64,000 bases of DNA from Limnothrix sp. BL-A-16 (lineage in GTDB: Bacteria > Cyanobacteriota > Cyanobacteriia > CACIAM-69d), in assembly GCA_041937175.2 (NCBI GenBank), contig CP166615.1, positions 3,712,001-3,776,000 on the forward strand. Reading direction: 5' to 3'. Shown piece after piece: positions 39,951 to 50,331 of this stretch; the stretch's first letter is position 1; each line of letters starts with the position of its first letter. Below the pieces are notes generated by a model that had not been told where the DNA came from, ran no database searches, and saw nothing but the letters and a program-made list of their open reading frames with translations. The position numbers and the translations under genes are program-made.

Positions 39951-40337
39951 ATGCCTCGCCCCTCCAAAGAAGTGAAGCGCTGCCCCGTCAGCTTTTTGAT
40001 GGATATCTTGTCCGGCCCCTGGACGCTCTACCTGCTGTGGGTGGTAGCCACGGAGGGCCCGATCCGCTTTGGAGCTTTGAAGCGACAAGTGGAGGGCATT
40101 TCCACCAAAGTGCTCACGGAGCGGCTGCGGCTGCTGGAGCGTGAGGGGCTAATTTATCGTCACTACGAAGCGACCGTGCCGCCCCAAGTTACCTATGGCC
40201 TGACCGATCGGGGTTCGGAACTGGTGCAGGTGTTGGATCTGCTCGGTGACTTGGCCCAGCGCTGGTATGGTGATGGCGCGATCAGCCCGCTGAACCCCAA
40301 CTCCGAGACCGGCGCAATTGTCGTTGACTATCCCTAG
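39951..40337 (+). CDS. HxlR-family regulator divergent from the flavodoxin gene
   Basis: CPV..LM.ILSGPW, RFGALKR, ISTKVLTERLR.LE, VPPQVTYGLT. Confidence 0.9.
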   Translation: MPRPSKEVKRCPVSFLMDILSGPWTLYLLWVVATEGPIRFGALKRQVEGISTKVLTERLRLLEREGLIYRHYEATVPPQVTYGLTDRGSELVQVLDLLGDLAQRWYGDGAISPLNPNSETGAIVVDYP

Positions 40338-40471
40338 GAATCGATCGCTCGACTGCCCCGGTTAGCGATCGCGCAAGTTGGGTACAACAGGCGATGATTT
40401 TACCAAGTTTGTAAAGCCCTATAATTTCAGAAACAGGCATGAGTTATTCATTTCTAATCTAATTTTGATCC

Positions 40472-42175
40472 ATGGCTCGGATTAATCTGCTAGATACTCG
40501 AACTGCAACTTTCGGGGATTTAATGGGCAATGGGAAGATTTACCGAGTTCCAATTTTTCAGCGCGATTATTCTTGGACTGAAGAAAACTGGGAAGATCTT
40601 TGGCAAGACATTCTAGGGTTATATGACGATCCCTCAGCCAGCCACTACATGGGGGCGATCGTTCTGCAAACTTCCAGTACCTCTGACCAAGAATTCACCA
40701 TTATTGATGGTCAACAAAGAATTGCAACGATCAGTATCATTGTGATCGCTGTGATTGAAAAGATCCAAGTCCTAGTTAAACAAAATCAGCAAGCGATAGC
40801 TAATCACGAACGACAAGAAATTTTGAGACAAACTTATCTAGGTAATCGAGATCCTATTTCTCTTCACTATTCGAGTAAACTTTTTTTAAATGAAAATAAT
40901 AATGATTTTTACCAGAGTAATTTAATTAATTTAAGAGAGCCTTGGAATCTTCGCTCAGTCTCTCAATCCAACCAATTACTTTGGAAAGCTTTTCAGTATT
41001 TTTCAAGCCAATTGACACAGCTAAAGGGTATTGTCTATAGCGGTGAAAATTTGGCAGAATTTCTGACTAAAATCATTGTTCAAAGACTTTTGTTTATTCA
41101 AATCAACGTCCAAGATGAATTAAACGCCTACACTGTATTTGAGACTCTAAATGCTAGAGGCATAGAACTGAGTTCTACAGATTTACTCAAAAATTATTTA
41201 TTCTCCCTTTTTCGAGGCCCAGATGACTTGAATGAAGGCCAGCGGCGCTGGCGCGTGATTGCCAATACAGTGCAGATGGAAAATATTCCTGAGTTTCTGC
41301 GCTACTATCTCAGTCTCCAGCGACCCTGGGTTAAACGTGAACGCCTCTTTAAAGCAGTTCGAGAATCAGTTCAGGATTCTCAACAAGCCTTTGACCTACT
41401 AGATCAGCTTGAACGCTATAGCAGCCTATTTGTTGCTCTTGGCAATGCTCAGGATGATTTTTGGCGCGAAACGCCTGCGAATCGTACCTACATTCGAGAA
41501 TTAGAGCTGTTCCGGGTGAAGCAAGCTTACCCGATTCTTTTTGCGGCTCATAGTCAGTTTTCTGATGCGGACTTCACGCGATTATTGAAGCTGATTAGTG
41601 TGTTGTCATTTCGATATACGGTGGTTTGTGGGTTGAATCCCAGTGAACTAGAAAAGCTATATAACCAAGTGGCGATCGCGATTCAAAGCTCAGAAATTAC
41701 AACTCCTAAACAAGTCTTTGAACAATTGCGATCAGTTTATGTTTCGGATGAGAAATTTTCACAAGATTTTGAGCTGCTAACGGTTTCTACTCGGGGACAA
41801 CAGAAAAAGTTGGCTCGTTATATGCTGTGGAAACTCGAAAATGATGCAGCGAATCAAGAGATTATTGAAGAGAGTTTTTCGATCGAGCATATTTTGCCCG
41901 AATCACCGGATCAGGATTGGCAAGACAATTTCACCGATGCTCAAATGATTGACATGGTGTACCGACTGGGCAATTTAACCCCTTTGGAACCCAATCTCAA
42001 TCGCCAAATTGGCAATCAGCCTTATGTGGTTAAACGGGAAACTTATGCCACTAGTGGTTATCAATTGACGCAAGGGATTGTGGCTGAAGAATGGACTCCG
42101 AATGCGCTGGCTAATCGACAAAAACAACTGGCCAAGCGAGCGGTGCATATCTGGCGATCGGACTTTGCGACCTAG
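40472..42175 (+). CDS. DUF262-DUF1524 (GmrSD-like) nuclease
   Basis: FQRDYSW, IIDGQQR, FETLNARG; HNH-like SIEHILP...LGNLTPL...N. Confidence 0.88.
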   Translation: MARINLLDTRTATFGDLMGNGKIYRVPIFQRDYSWTEENWEDLWQDILGLYDDPSASHYMGAIVLQTSSTSDQEFTIIDGQQRIATISIIVIAVIEKIQVLVKQNQQAIANHERQEILRQTYLGNRDPISLHYSSKLFLNENNNDFYQSNLINLREPWNLRSVSQSNQLLWKAFQYFSSQLTQLKGIVYSGENLAEFLTKIIVQRLLFIQINVQDELNAYTVFETLNARGIELSSTDLLKNYLFSLFRGPDDLNEGQRRWRVIANTVQMENIPEFLRYYLSLQRPWVKRERLFKAVRESVQDSQQAFDLLDQLERYSSLFVALGNAQDDFWRETPANRTYIRELELFRVKQAYPILFAAHSQFSDADFTRLLKLISVLSFRYTVVCGLNPSELEKLYNQVAIAIQSSEITTPKQVFEQLRSVYVSDEKFSQDFELLTVSTRGQQKKLARYMLWKLENDAANQEIIEESFSIEHILPESPDQDWQDNFTDAQMIDMVYRLGNLTPLEPNLNRQIGNQPYVVKRETYATSGYQLTQGIVAEEWTPNALANRQKQLAKRAVHIWRSDFAT

Positions 42176-42198
42176 CATGGCCCATTGAGCAACAGGTT

Positions 42199-42873
42199 CT
42201 AGGACTCGATCGCCTGGAATTGTTCCATCAGCCAACGGATTGTGTCTGCGTCGTCGTTGCGATCGGTGCGTTCCAGAGCTTCCGCGACGATCGCCATTGA
42301 CAGCCCCGGCAAAACTTGGGATTCCTCGATCGCCCGGCTGCCCCGATCGGCGATCGCAAAGGCAATCACCTGGCGCTCATTGGCGTTGATCACCCAATAT
42401 TCCCGCACGCCCAACTGTTCATAGAGCAAGCGTTTGGGGCCGAGATCGTCGTTGAAGCTGCTGGCTCCCACTTCCACCACCAAGTCCGGCGGCCCAAACC
42501 GATCAAGGTCGATCGGCTCATTGCCCTTGGGTGGCCACTCAGGGCGATCGCCCACATAGACCGACAAATCGGGCTGGCATTCTTGAACGCCGGTTTTCCG
42601 CAAGCTCACATTCAAGTAGCGAACCACTCGCATCTGCCGTACCAGGGCATAGAACGCCACAATATCGGTGGGCGGCAGGTTCTGGCGAGCATGGTCATGG
42701 CCTAAAGGTGTCATCTCAAAGCGCATCCGGCCGTTGTAGTAGTAGCTGCGGCGATCGGGTGGGGCGGCAGGGTCGTTGGCGATCGCGAGGAATTCGTCCC
42801 AGGTGGCGGGCAACCATTGATCCAGCGGCGGATCTGTAATGGTGGCTGGTGGTGGCGTTGTGGCAAGGGTCAT
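42199..42873 (-). CDS. Uma2/DUF820 family endonuclease-fold protein
   Basis: QPDLSVY, PPDLVVEV, K..LYE.LGVREYWV. Confidence 0.9.
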   Translation of the reverse strand: MTLATTPPPATITDPPLDQWLPATWDEFLAIANDPAAPPDRRSYYYNGRMRFEMTPLGHDHARQNLPPTDIVAFYALVRQMRVVRYLNVSLRKTGVQECQPDLSVYVGDRPEWPPKGNEPIDLDRFGPPDLVVEVGASSFNDDLGPKRLLYEQLGVREYWVINANERQVIAFAIADRGSRAIEESQVLPGLSMAIVAEALERTDRNDDADTIRWLMEQFQAIES

Positions 42874-43063
42874 GGGAGCGTCCCCCAGCGATCGGGCGGT
42901 GACTGTTTCCAGTGTAGCGAGACGGTTTGATCGCAACCGGTCAACAGGGCTAATCAGCAGTTGATGACCATTGGTTGATGACCATTGATGGCTATTTGGC
43001 CCCAATCGGCTAAACTACGGTTAGTCGATCGGAAAACCGGCTTATTAAGCCATCAGATTAGCC

Positions 43064-43648
43064 ATGACCGCTGTTGCTTCCCTCCATCATCCTCTTCTGT
43101 CCAAAGGAACCCGCCTGTTTTTGCGGCGATCGCCCTTGCCCCTCGCGTCCGATCGCCTGTGGCAAATCGAATCCGGCGTGGTGCGCACCTTGGCTTGGTT
43201 AGATGACGAATCCTTGGTCACTTTGGGACTGTGGGGGCCCGGCGACTGGGTGGGCGCGCCCCTCTCCAACGTGGCTCACCATCACGCTGAGTGCCTGACG
43301 GATGTGAAGGTGCGGTCTGTGCCGATCGGCCAATGGGCCCCCAACCCTTTAGACCTGTTACGCCGCAGCCAACGCACCGAGGAACTGCTAGCCATCCGCA
43401 GCTATCGGCGCGTTGAAATGATGCTTCTGAAACTGTTGGATTGGCTGGGGCAACATTTCGGCCGCAACACCCAAAATGGTCGCGAGATTGACTTGCGACT
43501 GACCCATCAGGATTTTGCTGACCTCCTGGGAGCCACCCGAGTCACCATCACCCGCGCCTTTGGGCAGTTGGAACGCCAAGGATTAGTCACCCGATCGCTC
43601 CATCGAATTGTGTTATGCCCCGATCGAACATGGCACTACGAAATCTAG
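43064..43648 (+). CDS. Crp/Fnr-family regulator, CysR-like
   Basis: LWQIESGVVRTL...LGLWGPGD; HTH LTHQDFADLLGATRVTITR. Confidence 0.82.
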   Translation: MTAVASLHHPLLSKGTRLFLRRSPLPLASDRLWQIESGVVRTLAWLDDESLVTLGLWGPGDWVGAPLSNVAHHHAECLTDVKVRSVPIGQWAPNPLDLLRRSQRTEELLAIRSYRRVEMMLLKLLDWLGQHFGRNTQNGREIDLRLTHQDFADLLGATRVTITRAFGQLERQGLVTRSLHRIVLCPDRTWHYEI

Positions 43649-43788
43649 TTCCCCATCGATCGCGCAATAGCACCCAGAGGCAACCGGCAAATCATGATTG
43701 GTGGGAGACCTAGGGATTGATGACCAATTTCTGGCCATGATTCCCAGCCATGATTCATTGCAAGTTTTGGGGAAGTGAGTTGGAAAAA

Positions 43789-44727
43789 TTAAGCTGAATC
43801 TCGAAATCCCAGCCGATTACTGACTAAGTAATAGGGCCGCTGTTTTACTTCGTCATAGATTCGACCAATATATTCTCCTAGAATTCCCAAAAAAACCAAT
43901 TGAATACCGCCCATAAAAAAGGTTGTGGTCAAACCATAGGCCCAATCTAAAAAACTGTGACCCAACACAAATTTGAAATAGAGACCAATCAAACCCAAAG
44001 CAAAGGCAATCAGGGCGCAAAACAAACCCACATAGACCGTGATTCGCAGGGGAATGACGGAAAATGAAAAGATGCCATCAAAGGCTAATTTAAACAATTT
44101 GCTGATAGTAACCCGAGGTTCGCCACTGAAGCGGGGCCCCCGTTCTACAACAACTCCCGTTTGCCGAAACCCGGCATAGGCCCGCAGTCCGCTGAGATAG
44201 CGATTACGCTCGGGCATGGATCGCAGAGCCGCCGCCACTTTGCGATCCATGAGCGAGAAAATTCCAGCATCAAGGGGCAAGGTTAACCCGGATAGATAAT
44301 TTAAGAGGCGATAAAACAATCGAAAGGCAATGCGTTTGAGGATAAATTCTTTGCGTTTGCGACGAATGGCATAAACCACATCATAGCCCGCTTGCCACTG
44401 TTCCACGAAAGATAAAATGGCACTGGGCGAATCTTGTAAATCACCATCCATCAAAATCACCGCATCTCCTTGGGCGTGATCAATTCCGGCGGCGAGGGCG
44501 CATTGATGACCAAAATTTCGAGAGAGCTGCAAGAGGCGAACTTCAGAATCGCGATCGATCAAATCCTGCACAATCTTGGCGGACTGATCAACACTACCGT
44601 CATCTACAAAAATAATTTCGGCGGGATCTGCTAATTGATCAAGGGTGGCGCGGAGTTGTTGCCATAATTCCAAAATTGTTGCTGCTTCATTAAAAATTGG
44701 AATCACAATCGAGTAGCGAGGTTTCAC
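43789..44727 (-). CDS. GT2 polyisoprenyl-phosphate glycosyltransferase (GtrB/ArnC-like)
   Basis: VIPIFNE, VDDGS, SRNFGHQ, DGDLQD, 2 TM segments, GEYIGRIY.EVK.RP. Confidence 0.9.
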   Translation of the reverse strand: MKPRYSIVIPIFNEAATILELWQQLRATLDQLADPAEIIFVDDGSVDQSAKIVQDLIDRDSEVRLLQLSRNFGHQCALAAGIDHAQGDAVILMDGDLQDSPSAILSFVEQWQAGYDVVYAIRRKRKEFILKRIAFRLFYRLLNYLSGLTLPLDAGIFSLMDRKVAAALRSMPERNRYLSGLRAYAGFRQTGVVVERGPRFSGEPRVTISKLFKLAFDGIFSFSVIPLRITVYVGLFCALIAFALGLIGLYFKFVLGHSFLDWAYGLTTTFFMGGIQLVFLGILGEYIGRIYDEVKQRPYYLVSNRLGFRDSA

Positions 44728-44763
44728 GGTGTTTACCCTGTCGAACCGCTAGAGAGTATCTGA

Positions 44764-44894
44764 GAGGATGTCTGAAAAGCCAAAATTGCTACTCTGTACG
44801 CCCCAGAGATTGATGTAGACAAGATGCTCAAGCCCCTTGTTCCTATGACAATTAATCTTCAGCCCGTGTTGAAAGATAATTCTCAGACATCCTC
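44764..44894. mobile_element. 131-bp MITE (GAGGATGTCTGA TIR, TGA target duplication)
   Basis: tga[GAGGATGTCTGA...TCAGACATCCTC]tga; contains a degenerate REP at 44820-44839. Confidence 0.9.
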
Positions 44895-45044
44895 TGAGAA
44901 TTATCTTGGGAAATGTGTTCTTATTGATAACTTTGAAATTGATAATTTTGACAAGGATGGATTTTAAAGACAAAAGTGCCTTCTTTTGGAAAAGGCTGGG
45001 CGATCGGGCGGTAGCGTGGTTCTGCGGGGCGATTGGATTGGGAT

Positions 45045-45998
45045 TTAACTGGATTTTGAGGGGCGATCGAACCCGATGATTTCTGACAGGGTGTAGAGAG
45101 GGCGGCCTTTGACTTCTTCATAAATGCGCCCCACATATTCCCCCAAAATGCCAATGCTGACGAGCTGGACGGCTCCGAGGAAGAAGATGGCGATCGCGAT
45201 CGCGGCAAAGCCTGTGACGGGGGATTGAGGTTGGGAAATGCGCCAGTAGAACACCATGGCGGCCATGACCAGGGCGATCGCGGCGGAGAGCAACCCCAGG
45301 TAAACCGACAGCCGCAGGGGCGCTTTGGAGAAGGACATTAACCCATCGATCGCCAGCCGCAGCGACTTGCGGAAGGTATATTTCACCTCTCCGGCAAAGC
45401 GTGGATCCCGGTGAAAGTGCACGGCGATTTGTCGAAAACCCACCCACGATCGGAGGCCGCGGATATAGCGATTGCGTTCGGGCATGGCGTTGAGCAAGTC
45501 CACCACGGCGCGATCGAGCAGACAAAAATCCCCCGTGTCGGTGGGAATTTCAATATCGGCCAGTTGTTTGAGTAATCGATAGAACCCATAGGCGGTAAAC
45601 CGTTTGAACCAGGTTTCTTTCTGGCGGGAAACCCGCTGGGCATAGACCACTTGATAGCCCGATCGCCATTGTTCGAGCATTTCAAAAATCAGTTCCGGGG
45701 GGTCTTGCAAGTCCGCATCCAGAATCACCACCACTTGGCCTCGGCAGAAGTTTAAACCGGCTGTGACGGCGATTTGGTGGCCGAAATTGCGGGCTAAGGA
45801 GAGATAGCAAACCCGAGAATCTTGGGCTTGCAGCTCGCGGATCATGGCCAGGGATCGATCGCGGCTGCCGTCATTAATTAACACCAGCTCAAAGGGCCCA
45901 TCCAATTGCTCGCCCACGGCCACCACGCGCCGATATAACTCTGCGATCGTTTCCTCTTCGTTGAAAATGGGCACAATCAGCGAGTAGCGGGGGGGCAT
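45045..45998 (-). CDS. GT2 polyisoprenyl-phosphate glycosyltransferase (paralog of 43789-44727)
   Basis: [43 protein letters not shown]. Confidence 0.92.
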   Translation of the reverse strand: MPPRYSLIVPIFNEEETIAELYRRVVAVGEQLDGPFELVLINDGSRDRSLAMIRELQAQDSRVCYLSLARNFGHQIAVTAGLNFCRGQVVVILDADLQDPPELIFEMLEQWRSGYQVVYAQRVSRQKETWFKRFTAYGFYRLLKQLADIEIPTDTGDFCLLDRAVVDLLNAMPERNRYIRGLRSWVGFRQIAVHFHRDPRFAGEVKYTFRKSLRLAIDGLMSFSKAPLRLSVYLGLLSAAIALVMAAMVFYWRISQPQSPVTGFAAIAIAIFFLGAVQLVSIGILGEYVGRIYEEVKGRPLYTLSEIIGFDRPSKSS

Positions 45999-46146
45999 GG
46001 TTGTAGCAGCGGCGACAGGTTGGCTATCAGAATAAATCTTCAGCAGTCTAGCCAAATGATGAAATGAACTGAGGATAAGATTTTAGATACCATCTTCTCA
46101 GTCAACCCTTAGTTAAATTAACTTCCGCAAGTGTGAGGCAAGACAA

Positions 46147-46569
46147 ATGAGTCACTTGAAATCAACAAAATTCATATCACTTGTTGCTTGCATCGGTGCT
46201 GCACTGCTGCCCATCATGGTCGGCTGTACACCATCCACTAGTGATCAGAGTTCAGCACCTTCACTAAGTCCAACGGTTTCACCTACCGTTACTTCAAGTC
46301 CGCAAGCGTCACCAAGTCCAACAAATCCCCAGTTGACAGCAGAGCTATACGCCCAAATCGTCCCTGGGATGACTTTGGAGCAGGTTACCAATCTATTGGG
46401 TCGTCACATCAACGAAGTAGACAACACTAATGATTTTGGCTCTGGCCCAGTGCGAACCGTTAGCCGTACTTGGGGTAACCCGCTGGAGAAGTCGATCACA
46501 ATTACATTCCAGACCAAACCAAAGATGACGGATTTACGAGTCACTACGAAGTTGGCATCTGGGCTGTAA
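46147..46569 (+). CDS. Putative lipoprotein (SmpA/OmlA/DUF3862-like)
   Basis: Lipobox IMVGC, Ser/Pro/Thr linker, YAQIVPGMTLEQVTNLLG. Confidence 0.7.
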   Translation: MSHLKSTKFISLVACIGAALLPIMVGCTPSTSDQSSAPSLSPTVSPTVTSSPQASPSPTNPQLTAELYAQIVPGMTLEQVTNLLGRHINEVDNTNDFGSGPVRTVSRTWGNPLEKSITITFQTKPKMTDLRVTTKLASGL

Positions 46570-46654
46570 TTACTGAATCGGGTGCAACTAAGGTGCAAAA
46601 CCCAACAGCAGTACTTTAATTGGTTCTGTTGGGTTTTGCGAAACTCCACTCCAC

Positions 46655-47896
46655 TTACCCAAGTCCTGGTAGCCAACCCAAGCCCAGCCCGATAATTGCC
46701 CCGCAGGCCAACACCTGCCAAGCCGCCAACCGCCACCGCAACAGGCTCACGATTCCTAAAATTAAGAGCGCCCCGGTGGCCGCCGACAGCCAAGCCAACC
46801 CCCGATCGATTTGGAGAGCCGCCTGCACCAAAGGCAGGGTAACCGCCAAAATTGCCCCAAGCACGGCGGGTGTGATCCCCTGTAAGAAGGCGCGTACCCA
46901 AGGATTATGGCGCGATCGCCGCAACAGAGGTGCAGCCAACCCCACAAAGCCAAAGGAGGGCAAAAAAACCGCGACGGTGGCGGTTAGGGCCCCAAGAACA
47001 CCGGCCACTTTGTAGCCCACAAAGGCGACGGTGAGCAGGACGGGGCCGGGGGTGACCTGCCCGATCGCCACGCCATGCAAGAACTCGGGACGGGTCAACC
47101 AGCCCAACCGCTGCACCACTTCCAACTCCAGCAAGGGCACGATCGTTAGCCCACCGCCAAAGACCAGGGTTCCCGCCCGCAAGAACGTGCTGATCAGTTC
47201 GGGGCCGTAGGTGTGGATGCGTTCCCAACCCCAAAAGCTGGCAACGGTCAGGGACTCCGGCGGCAAGGTGGCAACAAAGGTGGGCAGCAGAATGCCCCAA
47301 GGGCCGATCGCCCCCAAGGCGGAGCGGCGCGGCCCAAACAGCACCAACCCGGCTAGCCCCGCCAAGACAAAGGCCCACAAGACTCCCCAGGTGCTGAACC
47401 GCAGCAGCCCAAAAGCTCCAAGGGCGATCGCCCAACGGATCCAAGGGCGATCGCCTCCCAGCAAGACCTTGCGCCCCAATTTCCAACAAAAGGTCAAGAC
47501 AATGGCCACCACAGCCGGGGAAATGCCCAAAAACAAGGCCGAAACAGCCGGTAATGCCCCATAGCGAAAGTAGGCCCAAGCCAAAGCCACCACCATCACC
47601 CAAGCGGGGGCAATGAAGCAGAGGCCCGCCAACAGGGCCCCGAGCCAACCGGCGCGGCAATAGCCGATGTAGATGCCAAGTTGGGTGGAGGCGGGGCCGG
47701 GCAACATTTCGCAAACAGCAATGCCTTCGGTGAATTCTTCCGCCGTCAGCCAACCTCGCTGCACCACCACGGCTTCGTTCATGAGCGCCATGTGCGCCTG
47801 AGGGCCGCCGAACCCGGTCACGCCCAAGGTGAGAAAGAGGTGGGCCAGTTCCCGCAGTCGATCGGGCAAGGAAGGGGTGGGCGATGCAGCAGTCAT
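46655..47896 (-). CDS. chrA: Chromate ion transporter (CHR family)
   Basis: Duplicated FGG and PGP motifs (GFGGPQA/LPGPAS; VFGGG/TPGPV). Confidence 0.92.
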   Translation of the reverse strand: MTAASPTPSLPDRLRELAHLFLTLGVTGFGGPQAHMALMNEAVVVQRGWLTAEEFTEGIAVCEMLPGPASTQLGIYIGYCRAGWLGALLAGLCFIAPAWVMVVALAWAYFRYGALPAVSALFLGISPAVVAIVLTFCWKLGRKVLLGGDRPWIRWAIALGAFGLLRFSTWGVLWAFVLAGLAGLVLFGPRRSALGAIGPWGILLPTFVATLPPESLTVASFWGWERIHTYGPELISTFLRAGTLVFGGGLTIVPLLELEVVQRLGWLTRPEFLHGVAIGQVTPGPVLLTVAFVGYKVAGVLGALTATVAVFLPSFGFVGLAAPLLRRSRHNPWVRAFLQGITPAVLGAILAVTLPLVQAALQIDRGLAWLSAATGALLILGIVSLLRWRLAAWQVLACGAIIGLGLGWLPGLG

Positions 47897-48154
47897 GGGC
47901 CAAGCAAACTCCATCAAAACCATCACATCCCAGCAGCCTAACGGACAGGGCGATCGAACCTAGGTATTCTGGCCAACATTGCCCTTGATGAGCACTCGGG
48001 CAGTTTGAGCAGTCAGGGATCGTAGGCTAAATGGGTTGATTGGGCGCAATGGCACTGCAAAATCACGCGGCAACGTTTCAGTTCGATCGGGTCAATCAAC
48101 GGATGATTACAAACAGTTAATTGCAATTGCAAACGAATGATTTCCATTGGCTCA

Positions 48155-48300
48155 GAGGATGTCTGAGAAGTATCTTTCAATATGGGCTGAAGATTAATTG
48201 TCGTAGAAGGGGCTTAAGCCCCTTGTCTACGCTTAAGCCCCTTGTCTACATCGATCTCTGGGGCGTACAGAGTAGCAATTTTGGCTTTTCAGACATCCTC
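48155..48300. mobile_element. 146-bp MITE, inverted copy of 44764-44894 (TCA target duplication)
   Basis: tca[GAGGATGTCTGA...TCAGACATCCTC]tca; REP at 48206 plus a 19-bp tandem duplication GCTTAAGCCCCTTGTCTAC. Confidence 0.9.
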
Positions 48301-48336
48301 TCAGGCGGTGGTGTTGGCAAGCTGGAGACTTTGACC

Positions 48337-49257
48337 ATGACCCTTTCCCCGATCGGCGATCGCTTTTACACGGCTGATGTGTTTACAACCCAAGCCTTTG
48401 GCGGCAATCCCCTGGCGGTGTTCCCGCAGGCCAGCGGCCTGAGCGATCAACGAATGCAGGCGATCGCCCGGGAGCTGAACCTGTCGGAAACGGTGTTTGT
48501 TTTGCCACCGGAAACTCCCCAGGGCACTCGACGGCTGCGCATTTTTACGCCAGGGGGCGAAATTCCCTTTGCGGGCCATCCCACGGTGGGCACGGGCTAT
48601 GTTTTGGCGAAAATTGGCGAAATTAGCCTCACGGGTGATGACACCCGTTTGATTTTTGAGGAAGGGGTGGGGCCCGTGCCCGTGACGGTGCGATCGCGGG
48701 CGGGACAACCGATCGCCAGTGAGTTAACCGTGGCCCAATTGCCGGTAGTGGAACCCTGGCAGGGCGATCGCGCGGCCATGGCTCGGGCGATCGGGCTAAC
48801 GGCGGCGGATTTGACCGTGCCGGGCTGGGAACCGGCCACGGCTTCCTGTGGCTTGCCCTTCACGGTGATTCCCCTGCGCGACTTGGCGGCCCTGAACCGG
48901 GCCCGGTTGCAAATCGGCCCCTGGGAAGAAACCTTTGCGTCCACAGCAGCCCCCCAGTTGTATTTGGTGACGGGGTTAACGGGCGATCGCTCCCTGACGG
49001 TGCGGATGTTTGCTCCGGCCTTGGGCATTGCGGAGGATCCCGCCACCGGCTCGGCGGCAGCGGCCTTGGGGGGCTACTTGGTTCAGGGGCGATCGTTCCC
49101 TGACGGCGAACCGTCTTGGACCATTGCCCAGGGAGCCGCGATTCAGCGGCCCAGCGAATTAACCGTGACGGTGCGAATCGCCCAAGGGGAGGTCACCGAG
49201 GTGCGCGTGGGGGGCAGCTCAGTGCTGATTTCGGAAGGGGTAATGTATCGCGCCTAA
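48337..49257 (+). CDS. PhzF-family isomerase/epimerase
   Basis: [35 protein letters not shown]. Confidence 0.92.
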   Translation: MTLSPIGDRFYTADVFTTQAFGGNPLAVFPQASGLSDQRMQAIARELNLSETVFVLPPETPQGTRRLRIFTPGGEIPFAGHPTVGTGYVLAKIGEISLTGDDTRLIFEEGVGPVPVTVRSRAGQPIASELTVAQLPVVEPWQGDRAAMARAIGLTAADLTVPGWEPATASCGLPFTVIPLRDLAALNRARLQIGPWEETFASTAAPQLYLVTGLTGDRSLTVRMFAPALGIAEDPATGSAAAALGGYLVQGRSFPDGEPSWTIAQGAAIQRPSELTVTVRIAQGEVTEVRVGGSSVLISEGVMYRA

Positions 49258-49296
49258 TTCTGGCTGGCTTAATCTTGGCTGCCTAGTCCTGGCTGC

Positions 49297-49860
49297 CTAG
49301 TCCTGGCTGGGCAGATAACCCAGGCGATCGAGCGCGGCCAACACCTGTGCCGTGCAATCTGCTATGGAGTCCCGATCGGTGCGGCATTCCACCTCCGGTT
49401 GCTCCGGCGCTTCGTAGGGATCATCAATGCCCGTGAAGCCTCGGATCAAGCCCGCCCGCGCCTTGGCATAGAGGCCCTTCACGTCCCGCGATTCGCAAAC
49501 CGCCAGGGGGGCGTTGACATAAACTTCCACAAACTGCCCAATCATCGATCGCACCTCTTGGCGAATGGCGCGATAGGGCGAGATGGCGGAAGCGACCACA
49601 AACACCCCATTCCGCGTCAGCAGATGAGCTACAAAGCCAATGCGCCGGATATTTTCATCGCGATCTTCTTTGCTGAACCCCAGACCCTTGCTCAAGTGTT
49701 GCCGCACCAGGTCACCATCCAGAATTTCCACTCGCTGCCCCTGGGCCTTGAGGGCCTCGGCCACGGCCTGCCCGATCGTGGTTTTGCCCGCACCGCTCAA
49801 CCCCGTTAACCAAATGGTTGCGCCAATCGTCGAAGTTGGGCTTGCCGTTGAAGATTCCAT
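49297..49860 (-). CDS. cysC: Adenylyl-sulfate kinase
   Basis: WLTGLSGAGKTT, LDGD, RDVKGLY, FTGIDDPYE. Confidence 0.96.
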   Translation of the reverse strand: MESSTASPTSTIGATIWLTGLSGAGKTTIGQAVAEALKAQGQRVEILDGDLVRQHLSKGLGFSKEDRDENIRRIGFVAHLLTRNGVFVVASAISPYRAIRQEVRSMIGQFVEVYVNAPLAVCESRDVKGLYAKARAGLIRGFTGIDDPYEAPEQPEVECRTDRDSIADCTAQVLAALDRLGYLPSQD

Positions 49861-50039
49861 ACCAAACTGCTTTAAAAATGCGTCTCAAAATGAAACTTGA
49901 GGCCAACAAAATCCCTAGAAGACGGGCAAGGCAATACCGCACCGCTGATCCCCAGCTCCCAGCTCAGCAACCGCCTAGCTAGGCCCCCTGGGGCGGATCC
50001 ACACAGCCACACAGCAGCGGCCCACCCCGATCGGGAAGC

Positions 50040-50327
50040 TCAATCAGCCGTGGACGAATCTTGCGAATTGGTGGCTCCTTCCTTGTCTGTTGGCTTCAGG
50101 TCGGGCACAAAGTCGGGCCGGTCTCTGCCTTCCCAGCCCGCCGGACGCTTGGAGTTATACCAGGCGATCGACCCGATCGACACCGCCGCAATGAACCCCA
50201 CAACATAAACCGCCACAAACGCCCAAGGAAAACCCTGGCTCACACCGGGCAGTGCCAGCAACTGGGAGGTCACCAACGAGCCAAACAACGTCGGCAAGGA
50301 ATGGCCAAACAACAGGGCGGTGTCCAT
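50040..50327 (-). CDS. psb35: Psb35-like photosystem II assembly protein
   Basis: VYVVGFIAAVSIGSIAWYNSKRP.GWE...RPDFVP single-TM signature, recognised from memory. Confidence 0.72.
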   Translation of the reverse strand: MDTALLFGHSLPTLFGSLVTSQLLALPGVSQGFPWAFVAVYVVGFIAAVSIGSIAWYNSKRPAGWEGRDRPDFVPDLKPTDKEGATNSQDSSTAD

Positions 50328-50331
50328 AAGG

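Noticed and set aside
43064..43648. Crp protein as the cAMP receptor for the Amt-cyclase
   Set aside because: It lacks the GE...R cNMP-binding motif, looks CysR-like, and lies about 9 kb away.
44749..44973. 74-aa ORF similar to the 48121 extension
   Set aside because: The similarity comes only from the shared MITE sequence.
48121..48336. 72-aa N-terminal extension of the PhzF-like ORF
   Set aside because: It is read-through across the MITE; ATG 48337 with upstream GGAG fits the family start.
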